In this document: positions 23,790 through 32,000 of the stretch, piece after piece
How the letters are laid out: every line of letters begins with the position of its first letter
Numbering within the stretch: the stretch's first letter is position 1
NCBI GenBank assembly: GCA_027031765.1
Contig: JALVPN010000144.1
Coordinates: 43,724 to 75,723, forward strand
Direction of reading: 5' to 3'
DNA from: Promethearchaeota archaeon
GTDB lineage: Archaea; Asgardarchaeota; Thorarchaeia; Thorarchaeales; Thorarchaeaceae
DNA: 32,000 nt
Made by a program: the position numbers and the translations under genes
The notes under the pieces: model-generated
Told to the model about the DNA's origin: nothing
The model's database searches: none
The model's input: only the letters and a program-made list of their open reading frames with translations

Positions 23790-24998
23790 CTACCTCCGAC
23801 GTCGGACTGCACCGGCTATTGCAACAAGGACAACAACCACAACAATACCGCCGATGACCAGTGGACTGAGGAGTGGCTCCACGAGCGGGGCCCCATCTTC
23901 GAAGAGACCGATAGAGGGGTCATGCATCAGTGTGCCATCATCAAAGTGCGGGTACGCGAGGTACAGCACCAGTCCGTTGTCAGACGGGGTATACGAGGCT
24001 GTGACGTTGACTATTTCCGAGGCGCCACCCGGCCAAGTAATGAGCGCCTTGTCGACCCACCTGAAGAAGCCTTGGGTCACATTTGACTCGTCAATCAGGT
24101 CGACTTGCTGCAAATGGGCTTCGTGTCTGCGCTCAAAACGCGTTTCGGACTGGTTGTGATCGGGCCACGCGGAGGAGTCGCCGATGAATGTCCGGTTGTG
24201 CTCTCGAGTCATGTATCGGTGCCGGTTGTGAGACTGATCCATGTGGGCCACGTTCTCTCGCAGGAGCGTCTGAAGGGCGACCATTGATGTGTTCGTTGAG
24301 AACGGGAAGTTGCCGATGATGATGTCCATCTTCAGCTCGCTTCCGCCCGCCACCGTGTAGTTCAGGTGGACACCGCGTGAGTCAGAAACATTGCCGTGAT
24401 AGTCATTGAGGTAGATGTGGGCTAGGACTTGGATACTGACATCCTCGAAGGCCTTGGGCGTGCCATGCCGGTAGAGGGCAGGGGTAGGTGCACCCGGGAC
24501 TGGCCCTTCTGTACGCAGGCCACCCTTAGTGTAGGAGATCCACACCTCGGTTGTTACACCGTCCTCCACAACACTCCCGGTCTGGACAACCCACTCATAT
24601 GTTGCAAGAGAGGCAAACCGCAGGGTCTCGTTCCGCTGGAACGCACCATCACCGTTCAGGTCTTCGAACTCGGCAATGCCCGGATAGGCGAGAATGAACC
24701 GCGCCATGGAACCGTTATTGTCAGTGGTGTACCAGAAGTGGAACATTGGGAACTGCGGAGTGGCCATGACCGTGATGATGTCCGTACTTATCCAGACAAC
24801 ACCCTGGTTGTCAACAGTACGATGGGGCATGCGTCTCGGGTCATGCGTTGTGGTCGGCATTGACGGGTGTTCTGTTGGCTCTGTGTGCCCTGGAGACCCC
24901 GGCGCAGAGGTGCCTTGGGCACTCACATTGGAGACCATCGGTATGGCAAGTGCCAGCACAATAATCAGGCTGAGTGCAAGGCGTGTCTTTACTTTCAT
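23790..24998 (-). CDS. Type I membrane surface glycoprotein (signal peptide, beta-rich ectodomain, C-terminal TM + RRRR)
   Basis: Start re-picked to ATG 24998 (MKVKTRLALSLIIVLALAIP, signal peptide); TATA-like TTATAAG at about 25033-25039; 9 N-x-S/T sequons in the mature region; EF-hand-like DLNGDG; 402 aa. Confidence 0.82.
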   Translation of the reverse strand: MKVKTRLALSLIIVLALAIPMVSNVSAQGTSAPGSPGHTEPTEHPSMPTTTHDPRRMPHRTVDNQGVVWISTDIITVMATPQFPMFHFWYTTDNNGSMARFILAYPGIAEFEDLNGDGAFQRNETLRFASLATYEWVVQTGSVVEDGVTTEVWISYTKGGLRTEGPVPGAPTPALYRHGTPKAFEDVSIQVLAHIYLNDYHGNVSDSRGVHLNYTVAGGSELKMDIIIGNFPFSTNTSMVALQTLLRENVAHMDQSHNRHRYMTREHNRTFIGDSSAWPDHNQSETRFERRHEAHLQQVDLIDESNVTQGFFRWVDKALITWPGGASEIVNVTASYTPSDNGLVLYLAYPHFDDGTLMHDPSIGLFEDGAPLVEPLLSPLVIGGIVVVVVLVAIAGAVRRRR

Positions 24999-25313
24999 TC
25001 GTATATCACCGAAAACCATCACGCAACGTGTGCTTATAATGAGTCTTGAAAACGGTGTGCCCGGCGTGATATGATAGCCGATATGCATGCCGGGAGGTGC
25101 CCGGAAATATTTATGGACGCTTTGAACGGTGCTACAAGGAGGAATACGTGCCAGACCCATGTCCGGGAGGGGGCGGACATGCTGGCCACGGTGGCACATA
25201 GTGCACATGATGCTGGACTGCAATACAGGGGACGGGAGAGGCCTCACGGGTGCGCACTGCCACTGACCAGAAAGGAGAAGTAATGGAAAGGTGTAAGAAG
25301 GATGTGATTGTAG

Positions 25314-26522
25314 ATGACGTACGATGTGATAGTGGTCGGCGGAGGGCCGGCTGGGGCAACCTGTGCACGGCATGCAGCAAGACTTGGGCTTGATGTCCTG
25401 CTCATTGAGAAGAGGGTACACCCGCGCAGAAAGGCCTGCGGTGGGGGTATCACTCTCCGTGTGGTCGATGTACTTGATTTTAGCATCGGCTCCGTAATCG
25501 AGCGTGAACAGTGCGGGCTGAGATTACACGCACCATCTGGGATAGAAGTGGTTGAGAAGAGGAGCACACCCACAGGATACACGATTCGCAGAGAAGACTT
25601 TGACAACCTGCTACTCCGCCAAGCGGAGAGTGCGGACGCAGAGGTGATTGAGGGGGTGCGAGTGGTGGACGTGATAGAGGGGAGTGATGCCGTCGAGGTA
25701 ATCACGGATGACCGAAACTACCGCGGGCAAGTGCTTGTAGGTGCCGATGGCGTCAATAGCACTGTCGCACGGAAGACGGGCATCAAGACCCGATGGGAGG
25801 ACGATGAGGTCTGCCTCTGCATTGAGGCATCAGTGCCGATGGGCCCTGAGGACATAGTACGCCTGTTTGGTGACCCTGAGGAGCATGGCAACAGAATCCT
25901 CATTGAGATCTACTTTGGTGCACTGGTACACGGGTATGCATGGGCCTTCGCTAAGAGAGCGGAGGTGAGCCTCGGAATCGGTGCACTTGTCAGCGAGTTG
26001 CACGACTTGCGTGGTGCGTGGAAGAAGTTCGTCGGGGTCATTGAGGAGCGTGGTGGAGTGAAGTGCGACCTCTCATCCGAGACCGCAGCACGGGTGCCAC
26101 TTGCAGGGCCTATCAAGAGGATGTACTCATCACATACGCTCCTTGCAGGCGATGCTGCGGGCTTTGTTTCGCCGGCCACCGGGGAGGGGATATACTATGC
26201 CATAGAGTCAGGGAGGATTGCAGCCGAGACCGCCAACGACATTGTTTCTGGCATCCGTGGAGTTGACACCAGGACGTACCAAGAGCGGTGTGACAAGGCC
26301 CTCGGAAAGGACCTGAGGGTTGCAAAGTCGCTTGCGGACATGATGTTCCACTCCATTGAGAACATGGAACGCGTGTGTCAGATGGCCTACGATGACGAAG
26401 TGATGAGACATTACACGATGGAACTGGTCATGGGCCTAAGGTCATACAGGGAGTCGAGGAACAGGGTAATCAGGAGGATGTTGAGAAAGCACCTGCGTAC
26501 TGCACTCAGAATGGTGTTCTGA
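25314..26522 (+). CDS. Geranylgeranyl reductase family FAD-dependent oxidoreductase
   Basis: GGGPAG FAD motif, KACGGGI, RREDFD..L, GADGVNS, GYAWAF, LAGDAAGFVSPATGEGIYYAIESG. Confidence 0.9.
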   Translation: MTYDVIVVGGGPAGATCARHAARLGLDVLLIEKRVHPRRKACGGGITLRVVDVLDFSIGSVIEREQCGLRLHAPSGIEVVEKRSTPTGYTIRREDFDNLLLRQAESADAEVIEGVRVVDVIEGSDAVEVITDDRNYRGQVLVGADGVNSTVARKTGIKTRWEDDEVCLCIEASVPMGPEDIVRLFGDPEEHGNRILIEIYFGALVHGYAWAFAKRAEVSLGIGALVSELHDLRGAWKKFVGVIEERGGVKCDLSSETAARVPLAGPIKRMYSSHTLLAGDAAGFVSPATGEGIYYAIESGRIAAETANDIVSGIRGVDTRTYQERCDKALGKDLRVAKSLADMMFHSIENMERVCQMAYDDEVMRHYTMELVMGLRSYRESRNRVIRRMLRKHLRTALRMVF

Positions 26523-26788
26523 GCAGCGGGAGGCAGTCCACACAGGGAGGGCTGACACCCCCGCAGGCGGCCTGCCATTTCGAGGACAGCGGACAACAGG
26601 GCAGTCCTCACCCCCGGGCGGGCCCGACAGTCACGCAGGCACCACCAGCACCCAAGTGCTCCTTAGAGGGAGCGGTTGCCGCGGGCGGAAAGGCATGCAT
26701 TCACGATGTCCGCACTGGCCTCACATTGCTGTGGGGGTGTGACAGTGATAGGGGGCGACTGGGTGGTGGAGTGCGAACAACTACCCGG

Positions 26789-28360
26789 CTACGTCTCTTC
26801 GTCGCCCTTCCTGTACGACTCTGCGAGTAGGTCGGGCAGGTATCGCACCTTCACGTCGAGGCCCTTCATCATGTCACCAATCTGGATGGTACAGAACGGA
26901 CACTCTGTTGCGACCATGTCCGCACCAGTGGCGAGTATCTGCTCCTTGCGAGTTGTTGCAATCTTCATTGAGAGGTCGCGTCTTCCAGCACGGACGCCAC
27001 CACCAGCACCACAGCATCGGTTCTTGTAGGGGTCATCTATGTACTTCACACCCGGAATCATCTTGAGGAGTTCGATGGGCTGGTCGACAACGCCCTGTCC
27101 GCGGCCGAGATGACATGGCTCATGGTAGGTGACTTCAAGGTCAAGCTCGCCCTTTGGCGGGACTATGTTCTCCTTGCCTATGACATCAATCAGGTACTCG
27201 GCCAGGTCGTACACCTTGAAACGTGGTGGCTCACCTCGTTCCTCAGCGATGAAGGGTCGGTGATCCTCACGGAGAGTCTTGCCACAGCCAGCACAGGCGA
27301 CCACAACCGTATCCAGGCCGTACTTGTCAGCCACATCCTCGAATATCTTCGTGACACGCCTAGCAGCATCGTGTGCGGTCTTCAAATCACCAGTCCTGAA
27401 TGCAGGGCTCGCACAGCACCACTGCTGCTTGGGCACGATTACGTCAATGCCATTCCGGTTTAGCACCTCGATGAGAGAGCGTCCGGTCCCCTGCATGCGG
27501 TAGTCAATAAGACAGCCGGTGAAGAATGCCACGCGTCCACGGGGGTTATCTACCAAGAACTCTTCGGACTCCAGACTCCTCAGTAGAGGGGTGTCCTTCT
27601 CCGGGACTGACCGACCAGTCTTGTTAATCTGGTCTATGAACCCCTGCTGACCCTCGGCCAGCGGGTATCCGGCCTCGACAGCCTTTGCACGCAACAGCTC
27701 TACTGCGAGGGCGGGGATCTTTATACTCTTTGGACAGATGTCCTCACACATCTTACAGGTCGTACAAGCATAGACAGACTCGTCCAGTGCAATTGCAATA
27801 CGATCCTCGACATCACGGGGATCGAGCTCGAGACGGGCAATCTGGCGGATTATCATCGGCCCAGCATAGTCCCAGGTCTCACGGAGGGCCGGGCAGTTTG
27901 ACAGACAAGCATAGCACTCTATGCACTTCCGGATTTCGCGTAGTGTTTCAATCTCCTCAGCGTGTACAATCTCCGGACGTGGGGCAGGCTTGTCCCGTAC
28001 AACATATGGACGGATCCGACGAACCCGCTCTTTCACACGGCTCATATCGGTGACGAGGTCTTTGATGACGGGCATCTTCTCGAGGGGTTCAAGTACAAGG
28101 GGGCCGTCGTCCGGGTCGACCTTGGCCCGGCAGGCAATCCTAGCGGTGCCATTCACTTTGACCGCACAGGAACCGCACTGGCCGCCCCGGCACTCCCATC
28201 TGAAGGCAAGACTCGAGTCATACTTGTCCTGGATATACAGGAGCGTATCGAGCACTGTCATGCCGGGCTCGTAAGCGACATCGAACTCTTCGAAGTGTGG
28301 TGCATCATCAGTGTCCGGGTTGTACCTGAACACGCGGGCCTTGAACATCTTTGTAGCCAT
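26789..28360 (-). CDS. tfrB: Thiol:fumarate reductase-type Fe-S subunit (SdhB/FrdB domains fused to two CCG domains)
   Basis: Start re-picked to ATG 28360 (SD GAGGAGG). CRGGQCGSC..C [2Fe-2S]; CIECYACLSNCP and CTTCKMCEDICP [4Fe-4S]; CCG motifs WCCASP/CAGC and HEPCHL/RCCGAGGG/ECPFC. Confidence 0.88.
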   Translation of the reverse strand: MATKMFKARVFRYNPDTDDAPHFEEFDVAYEPGMTVLDTLLYIQDKYDSSLAFRWECRGGQCGSCAVKVNGTARIACRAKVDPDDGPLVLEPLEKMPVIKDLVTDMSRVKERVRRIRPYVVRDKPAPRPEIVHAEEIETLREIRKCIECYACLSNCPALRETWDYAGPMIIRQIARLELDPRDVEDRIAIALDESVYACTTCKMCEDICPKSIKIPALAVELLRAKAVEAGYPLAEGQQGFIDQINKTGRSVPEKDTPLLRSLESEEFLVDNPRGRVAFFTGCLIDYRMQGTGRSLIEVLNRNGIDVIVPKQQWCCASPAFRTGDLKTAHDAARRVTKIFEDVADKYGLDTVVVACAGCGKTLREDHRPFIAEERGEPPRFKVYDLAEYLIDVIGKENIVPPKGELDLEVTYHEPCHLGRGQGVVDQPIELLKMIPGVKYIDDPYKNRCCGAGGGVRAGRRDLSMKIATTRKEQILATGADMVATECPFCTIQIGDMMKGLDVKVRYLPDLLAESYRKGDEET

Positions 28361-28373
28361 CGTATCGACCTCC

Positions 28374-30071
28374 TCATGGTGGCGGGATCTTGGTGATGAC
28401 CAGGTCACGCTTCTCGAGCACCATCTCCCCGTCGTCGCCTTTCCGAATGACGATGTTGTAGAGACCGTCATCATTTGGATCAGCATCTGTCCGGAAGTGC
28501 GCGCCTCTGCTACCCTTCCGCATGAGGGCGGCCTCCGCCACCATCCGGGCTGTTATGACCATATGTCCGAACTCAATGGCCTGGTGCCAGCCGGGGTTGA
28601 ACCGCTTCACCTGGATGTCCACTTTGATGTTCGGTACGACCTCCTTCTCAATCCGGCGGAGCTCCTTCACGGCACGAGAAAGACCCTCCTCATTCCTGAA
28701 AATCTGTACATCGTTCCACATCAGCGTGGTGAGCTCTTCACGGGCATCTGCAGGGGAGATGCCAGACTCCCGCAACAGCATCGCCTCTAGGCGTACGAAC
28801 TCGTCCCGGATTTCGTCGCGGTCAACTGGTGGGAGACCGTGTTCCTTGGCGAACTCGGCTGCATTCTTCCCGGCCAGTGCCCCAAACACTTGGGTATCTG
28901 CGAGCGCGTTGCCCCCCAGTCTGTTGCCGCCATGCACACCACCAGTGCACTCACCTGCAGCAAACAGCCCCGGGATTGTTGACTGGGCATCCGTATCAAT
29001 CAAGATACCACCCATGAAGTGATGGGCGGTCGGTGAAACCTGCATCGGCTCGTTGCGGATGTCAACACCAGCATCTGCGAACTGCTCAATCATGCTCTCA
29101 AGCCTAAACTCTATGACAGACCGGGGCAGGTGTGCAATGCTGAGGTACACACCCCCATCAGGTGAGCCGCGGCCCTCAAGTACCTCGGTCATGATTGACC
29201 TTGCAACCTGGTCGCGACCGGCAAGCTCCATCACTTGAGGGTAGTACCTTGCCATGAAGCGTTCGCCACGGTTATTCAGGAGGATACCGCCCTCACCACG
29301 GACTGCCTCTGTTACCAGCCGACCCCTAGCAGACTCGGGACGTACCATGCCAGTTGGATGGAACTGTATCATCTCCATGTCGATGAGTGCGGCCCCGGCC
29401 TCATAGGCCATTGCATAGCCGTCACCAACATCGAGCTGCGCATTACTGGTTACCTTGAAGATCCGACCGGCCCCGCCAGTTGCCATGACAACGGCCTTGG
29501 CACGGAAAACAAGGTAATCACCATACTTGAGGTCAACAGCACACACACCGGCAGCACGGCCATCATGTACGAGGATCTTGGTCGCAAAGACCTCATCAAA
29601 GACTCTAACTGAGGACTTGCGTATTGCCTCAGTCAGTGTGACCATAATCTCAGACCCGGTTCGGTCAGAGGCATATGCGGTGCGCCTCCAGCTCTGTTTC
29701 CCGAAGGGTCGCTGCGCAATCTTCCCCTCTGGGGTGCGGTCAAAGACTGCGCCCACCTCTTCGAGATCAAAAATCCGTTCGGCAGCATCCGTGACCAGTA
29801 TCTCGACGAGTTCCTGGTTATTGAGGTATGCGCCACCAACAACAGTGTCCTTGAAGTGGGTCTCAACATCATCGAGAGGATCTACGTTTCCAAGGCTAAC
29901 ATTGTAGCCGCCCTCGGCCATTGAGGTGTGGGCCTTTCCGAGCAGTTCCTTGCTGATTATGACGACATCGAGGTTATGCTTTGCTGCCTCAATCGCAGCA
30001 CGACAGCCGGCGCCGCCAGCACCCACAACAAGAACGTCGCACAAGATGGTCTTGTAGGGTAGTTGACTCAA
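28374..30071 (-). CDS. tfrA: Fumarate reductase/succinate dehydrogenase flavoprotein subunit (TfrA-type)
   Basis: GAGGAG, KAHTSMAEGG, QFHPTG, TEAVRGEGG, HHFMGG, HGGNRLGGNAL, SRGAHFR. Confidence 0.9.
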   Translation of the reverse strand: MSQLPYKTILCDVLVVGAGGAGCRAAIEAAKHNLDVVIISKELLGKAHTSMAEGGYNVSLGNVDPLDDVETHFKDTVVGGAYLNNQELVEILVTDAAERIFDLEEVGAVFDRTPEGKIAQRPFGKQSWRRTAYASDRTGSEIMVTLTEAIRKSSVRVFDEVFATKILVHDGRAAGVCAVDLKYGDYLVFRAKAVVMATGGAGRIFKVTSNAQLDVGDGYAMAYEAGAALIDMEMIQFHPTGMVRPESARGRLVTEAVRGEGGILLNNRGERFMARYYPQVMELAGRDQVARSIMTEVLEGRGSPDGGVYLSIAHLPRSVIEFRLESMIEQFADAGVDIRNEPMQVSPTAHHFMGGILIDTDAQSTIPGLFAAGECTGGVHGGNRLGGNALADTQVFGALAGKNAAEFAKEHGLPPVDRDEIRDEFVRLEAMLLRESGISPADAREELTTLMWNDVQIFRNEEGLSRAVKELRRIEKEVVPNIKVDIQVKRFNPGWHQAIEFGHMVITARMVAEAALMRKGSRGAHFRTDADPNDDGLYNIVIRKGDDGEMVLEKRDLVITKIPPP

Positions 30072-30129
30072 CTGCAGTCCTCCGGTGGAGAGGGTACTCT
30101 GTACTGTGCCGCAGGGTCAGCGAGAGCGG

Positions 30130-30135
30130 TTTATA
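30130..30135 (-). promoter_or_regulatory. Putative TATA box (TATAAA) of tfrAB
   Basis: About 60 nt upstream of the tfrA TTG start; SD GGAGG present. Confidence 0.5.
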
Positions 30136-30277
30136 CCTTACGGTTGCGGTTTGTACGGGGCTGCACAGGGGTGCACATCGGACATGGCACTCTCAAGTGC
30201 AAGCACGCTATGAGCGTACCAAGGACAGGGGAGTCCAGACGATAAAGGCCTATATTCTATTGCTGAGAGAATAGCAT

Positions 30278-30400
30278 ATGAACGCCGGGGGTAGAGAGAG
30301 AAGAATCGGCGACATACTACTCATCTTGGTGGTCCTCATCCTCGTAGTCATGTCGATATACGGGATAACCAAGCCAGTACTCACTGCGTTGGGGTCATGA
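30278..30400 (+). CDS. 40-aa single-pass membrane microprotein (not in ORF track)
   Basis: MNAGGRERRIGDILLILVVLILVVMSIYGITKPVLTALGS; BRE/TATA GATAAAGGCC-TATATT ends 21 nt before the ATG, consistent with a leaderless transcript. Confidence 0.6.
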   Translation: MNAGGRERRIGDILLILVVLILVVMSIYGITKPVLTALGS

Positions 30401-30484
30401 TGGGGACACGGAGAACCCCGTGTTAGGCGGGCCCTCCGTATCACAATGATAGAGGAGAGTCCAACAGGCCACACTGCACACCTA

Positions 30485-31090
30485 TCAGGTGGCCCCAATC
30501 TTGGCATAGACAGTGGGCCTTCGCTCGCCAACCGCATGCTCAATCTCATCATGCAGGCTACGTCCATGTGAGTCCATTGTCACGAGAAGCGGGCCGAACT
30601 CCTCTGCTGTGATTACCCACAGGGCTTCGGGCATGCCCAGGTCCGGCCACTCAAGGGCCCGTACCTCCTTCAGCCCCTTTGCAGCAAGGGCACCACACCC
30701 GCCTGTGAAACTACAGTACACGGCCCCGACCTCCTGGAGTGCAGCCAGTGTCTTCGAGCCCATTCCACCTTTCCCGATGATGATCCGTGGGCGGAACCTG
30801 CGCAGGAACTCGTCCTCGAAGAGTTCCATCCGGATGCTGGTGGTAGGCCCAGCAGATACAATCTCCCACTTCCCCTCTCGCTGCCACGCGACAGGACCCA
30901 CATGGTAGACCACCCCACCCTCGAAGTTGACCGGGGGGCTCTCGCCACGTTCGTGCATCTCAAGTGCACGTTTGTGGGCCTCATCGCGCGCCGTGTACAC
31001 ATGCTGTCCGCTCACATAGACTATGTCGCCAACCCTGAGCCTGCGGGCATCTTCCTCTGAAATGGGGGTTTCAAGATGATACTCAGCCAT
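30485..31090 (-). CDS. Class I Fe-S fumarate hydratase (tartrate/fumarate family) beta subunit
   Basis: L.VGD.VY.SG...TARDEAHKR, YHVGP, AGPTTSIRME, IIGKGGMG, LGMPEALW, FGPLLVTMDSHG. ATG 31090 lies directly after the alpha stop. Confidence 0.92.
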   Translation of the reverse strand: MAEYHLETPISEEDARRLRVGDIVYVSGQHVYTARDEAHKRALEMHERGESPPVNFEGGVVYHVGPVAWQREGKWEIVSAGPTTSIRMELFEDEFLRRFRPRIIIGKGGMGSKTLAALQEVGAVYCSFTGGCGALAAKGLKEVRALEWPDLGMPEALWVITAEEFGPLLVTMDSHGRSLHDEIEHAVGERRPTVYAKIGAT

Positions 31091-31091
31091 G

Positions 31092-31928
31092 CTACTCAAC
31101 CTCCGGATGAGTGATGTACTTCACCTCAAGGTCGTGGGTTATTGTGGCGGTACTGTACCGTGCAGCCCAGCACTGTACGGCGACTCCAACGGGAAGACTC
31201 GCCGGATGACGCATTGCATAGTCCACTTTGACACCGAGCACAGTAGTGTCACCACCAAGGCCCATGGGGCCAATGCCAGTCGCATTGAGGGCTTCAAAGA
31301 GCTCCTCCTCAATCTGGGCGACCTGTGGCTCGGGATGGTGGTCTGTGAGTGGTCGGAGGAGCTGTTGTTTGGCAATCTTGATTGCGATGTCTGCACCGCC
31401 ACCAATGCCAACACCGATTATGTTGGGGGCGCATGCCTTCCCCATATAGCTCATTGCATTGTCAACGACCAGCTTCTTGACGCCGGTCAGGCCGACGCCG
31501 GGCTTGAGCATCCCGATGATGCTCACATTCTCGCAGCCGCCACCCTTTGGGAATGCCGCGATTTCCAGCGAGCCGCCGGACACCAGTTCCCAGTTGATCC
31601 ATGGGATCATCCGGCCAGTATTGTCACCGCTGTTGCCACCAAAGGGGTCTACAGCATTCGGCCTCAGTGGGACCTCGGCGGTGGCCTTCCGTACAGCGGC
31701 TGTCACAGCATCCCTGATGACGCCCACATGTGGGAAGTCCTCGCCCACCTTGACATAGAATATCATTATGCCGGTGTCCTGGCACATTGGAATGCCCTGG
31801 CGTGCAATGTCTAGGTTCTTCAGGATTGCAGCGAGCTGAGTCTTGGCGGTCTCGTTGGTCTCCCGCTCATATGCAGCCCGCAGAGCATCCTCGACATCCT
31901 TGGGCAGCCTTGTCACGGCCATTTTCAA
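31092..31928 (-). CDS. Class I Fe-S fumarate hydratase alpha subunit (true start uncertain; frame open to window edge)
   Basis: PMCQDTG, LRPNAVDP, KGGGCEN, ACAP..IGVGIGG, IGPMGLGGDTTVL, HPASLPV.V..QCWA.R. Confidence 0.92.
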   Translation of the reverse strand: MKMAVTRLPKDVEDALRAAYERETNETAKTQLAAILKNLDIARQGIPMCQDTGIMIFYVKVGEDFPHVGVIRDAVTAAVRKATAEVPLRPNAVDPFGGNSGDNTGRMIPWINWELVSGGSLEIAAFPKGGGCENVSIIGMLKPGVGLTGVKKLVVDNAMSYMGKACAPNIIGVGIGGGADIAIKIAKQQLLRPLTDHHPEPQVAQIEEELFEALNATGIGPMGLGGDTTVLGVKVDYAMRHPASLPVGVAVQCWAARYSTATITHDLEVKYITHPEVE

Positions 31929-32000
31929 TAGCCGAAAGGTCGTATTCGCCCCAATCGGAAATATCAGCCGAATGACGTGCCGTAATTTGGAAAACGCCTT

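Noticed and set aside
24999-25421. 5' extension of the 543-aa ORF overlapping the GGR gene
   Set aside because: It conflicts with the GGR gene on the other strand; the signal peptide and TATA support ATG 24998.
26523-26788. Hairpin-rich convergent spacer as possible RNase P or SRP RNA
   Set aside because: No GAGGAAAGUCC/P4 or SRP helix 8 signature on either strand; the stems are explainable as terminators in GC-rich DNA.
1-32000. Mobile elements, CRISPR arrays, tRNA/rRNA genes, selenocysteine recoding
   Set aside because: No transposase or integrase motifs, regular repeat-spacer arrays, tRNA cloverleaf with T-loop consensus, or in-frame TGA at conserved Cys positions were seen by eye; a tool-based scan could still find missed items.

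Overview
Gene-dense, GC-rich archaeal chromosomal segment. It is most likely an Asgard archaeon, probably Thorarchaeia; this is inferred from eL33/eS8/uL16-type ribosomal proteins, deoxyhypusine synthase, a Sec23/24-like protein, four roadblock paralogues and a TfrAB-type reductase. No mobile element, CRISPR array, tRNA or rRNA was recognised. Housekeeping content: TrmJ-like SPOUT methylase (5' partial), rpl10e, dhs, rpl35ae, LipS1-type radical SAM, ADP-forming acyl-CoA synthetase alpha/beta, cis-prenyltransferase, SMC-ScpA-ScpB, HypE, rps8e, HypA, a GGR-family reductase, TfrA/TfrB and a two-subunit class I fumarase. Main points of interest: (1) an unannotated, independently promoted box C/D guide RNA at 3709-3786 whose D guide matches LSU rRNA helix 69 and points to the A1913-equivalent, the site of yeast snR63 and human SNORD46; (2) a cluster at about 10.0-14.7 kb joining an MglA-type GTPase, four different roadblock proteins (one dynein-light-chain-like) and a Sec23/24-like Zn-finger/vWA protein; (3) a surface glycoprotein with collinear motif resemblance to lysosomal GLMP/NCU-G1; (4) a four-repeat helical lid/histone-fold-like protein; (5) a promoter palindrome shared by rpl10e and mglA; (6) a 40-aa leaderless membrane microprotein missed by the ORF track. 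All homology calls come from motif recognition and remembered reference sequences, not database searches. Several start codons were re-picked relative to the ORF track.
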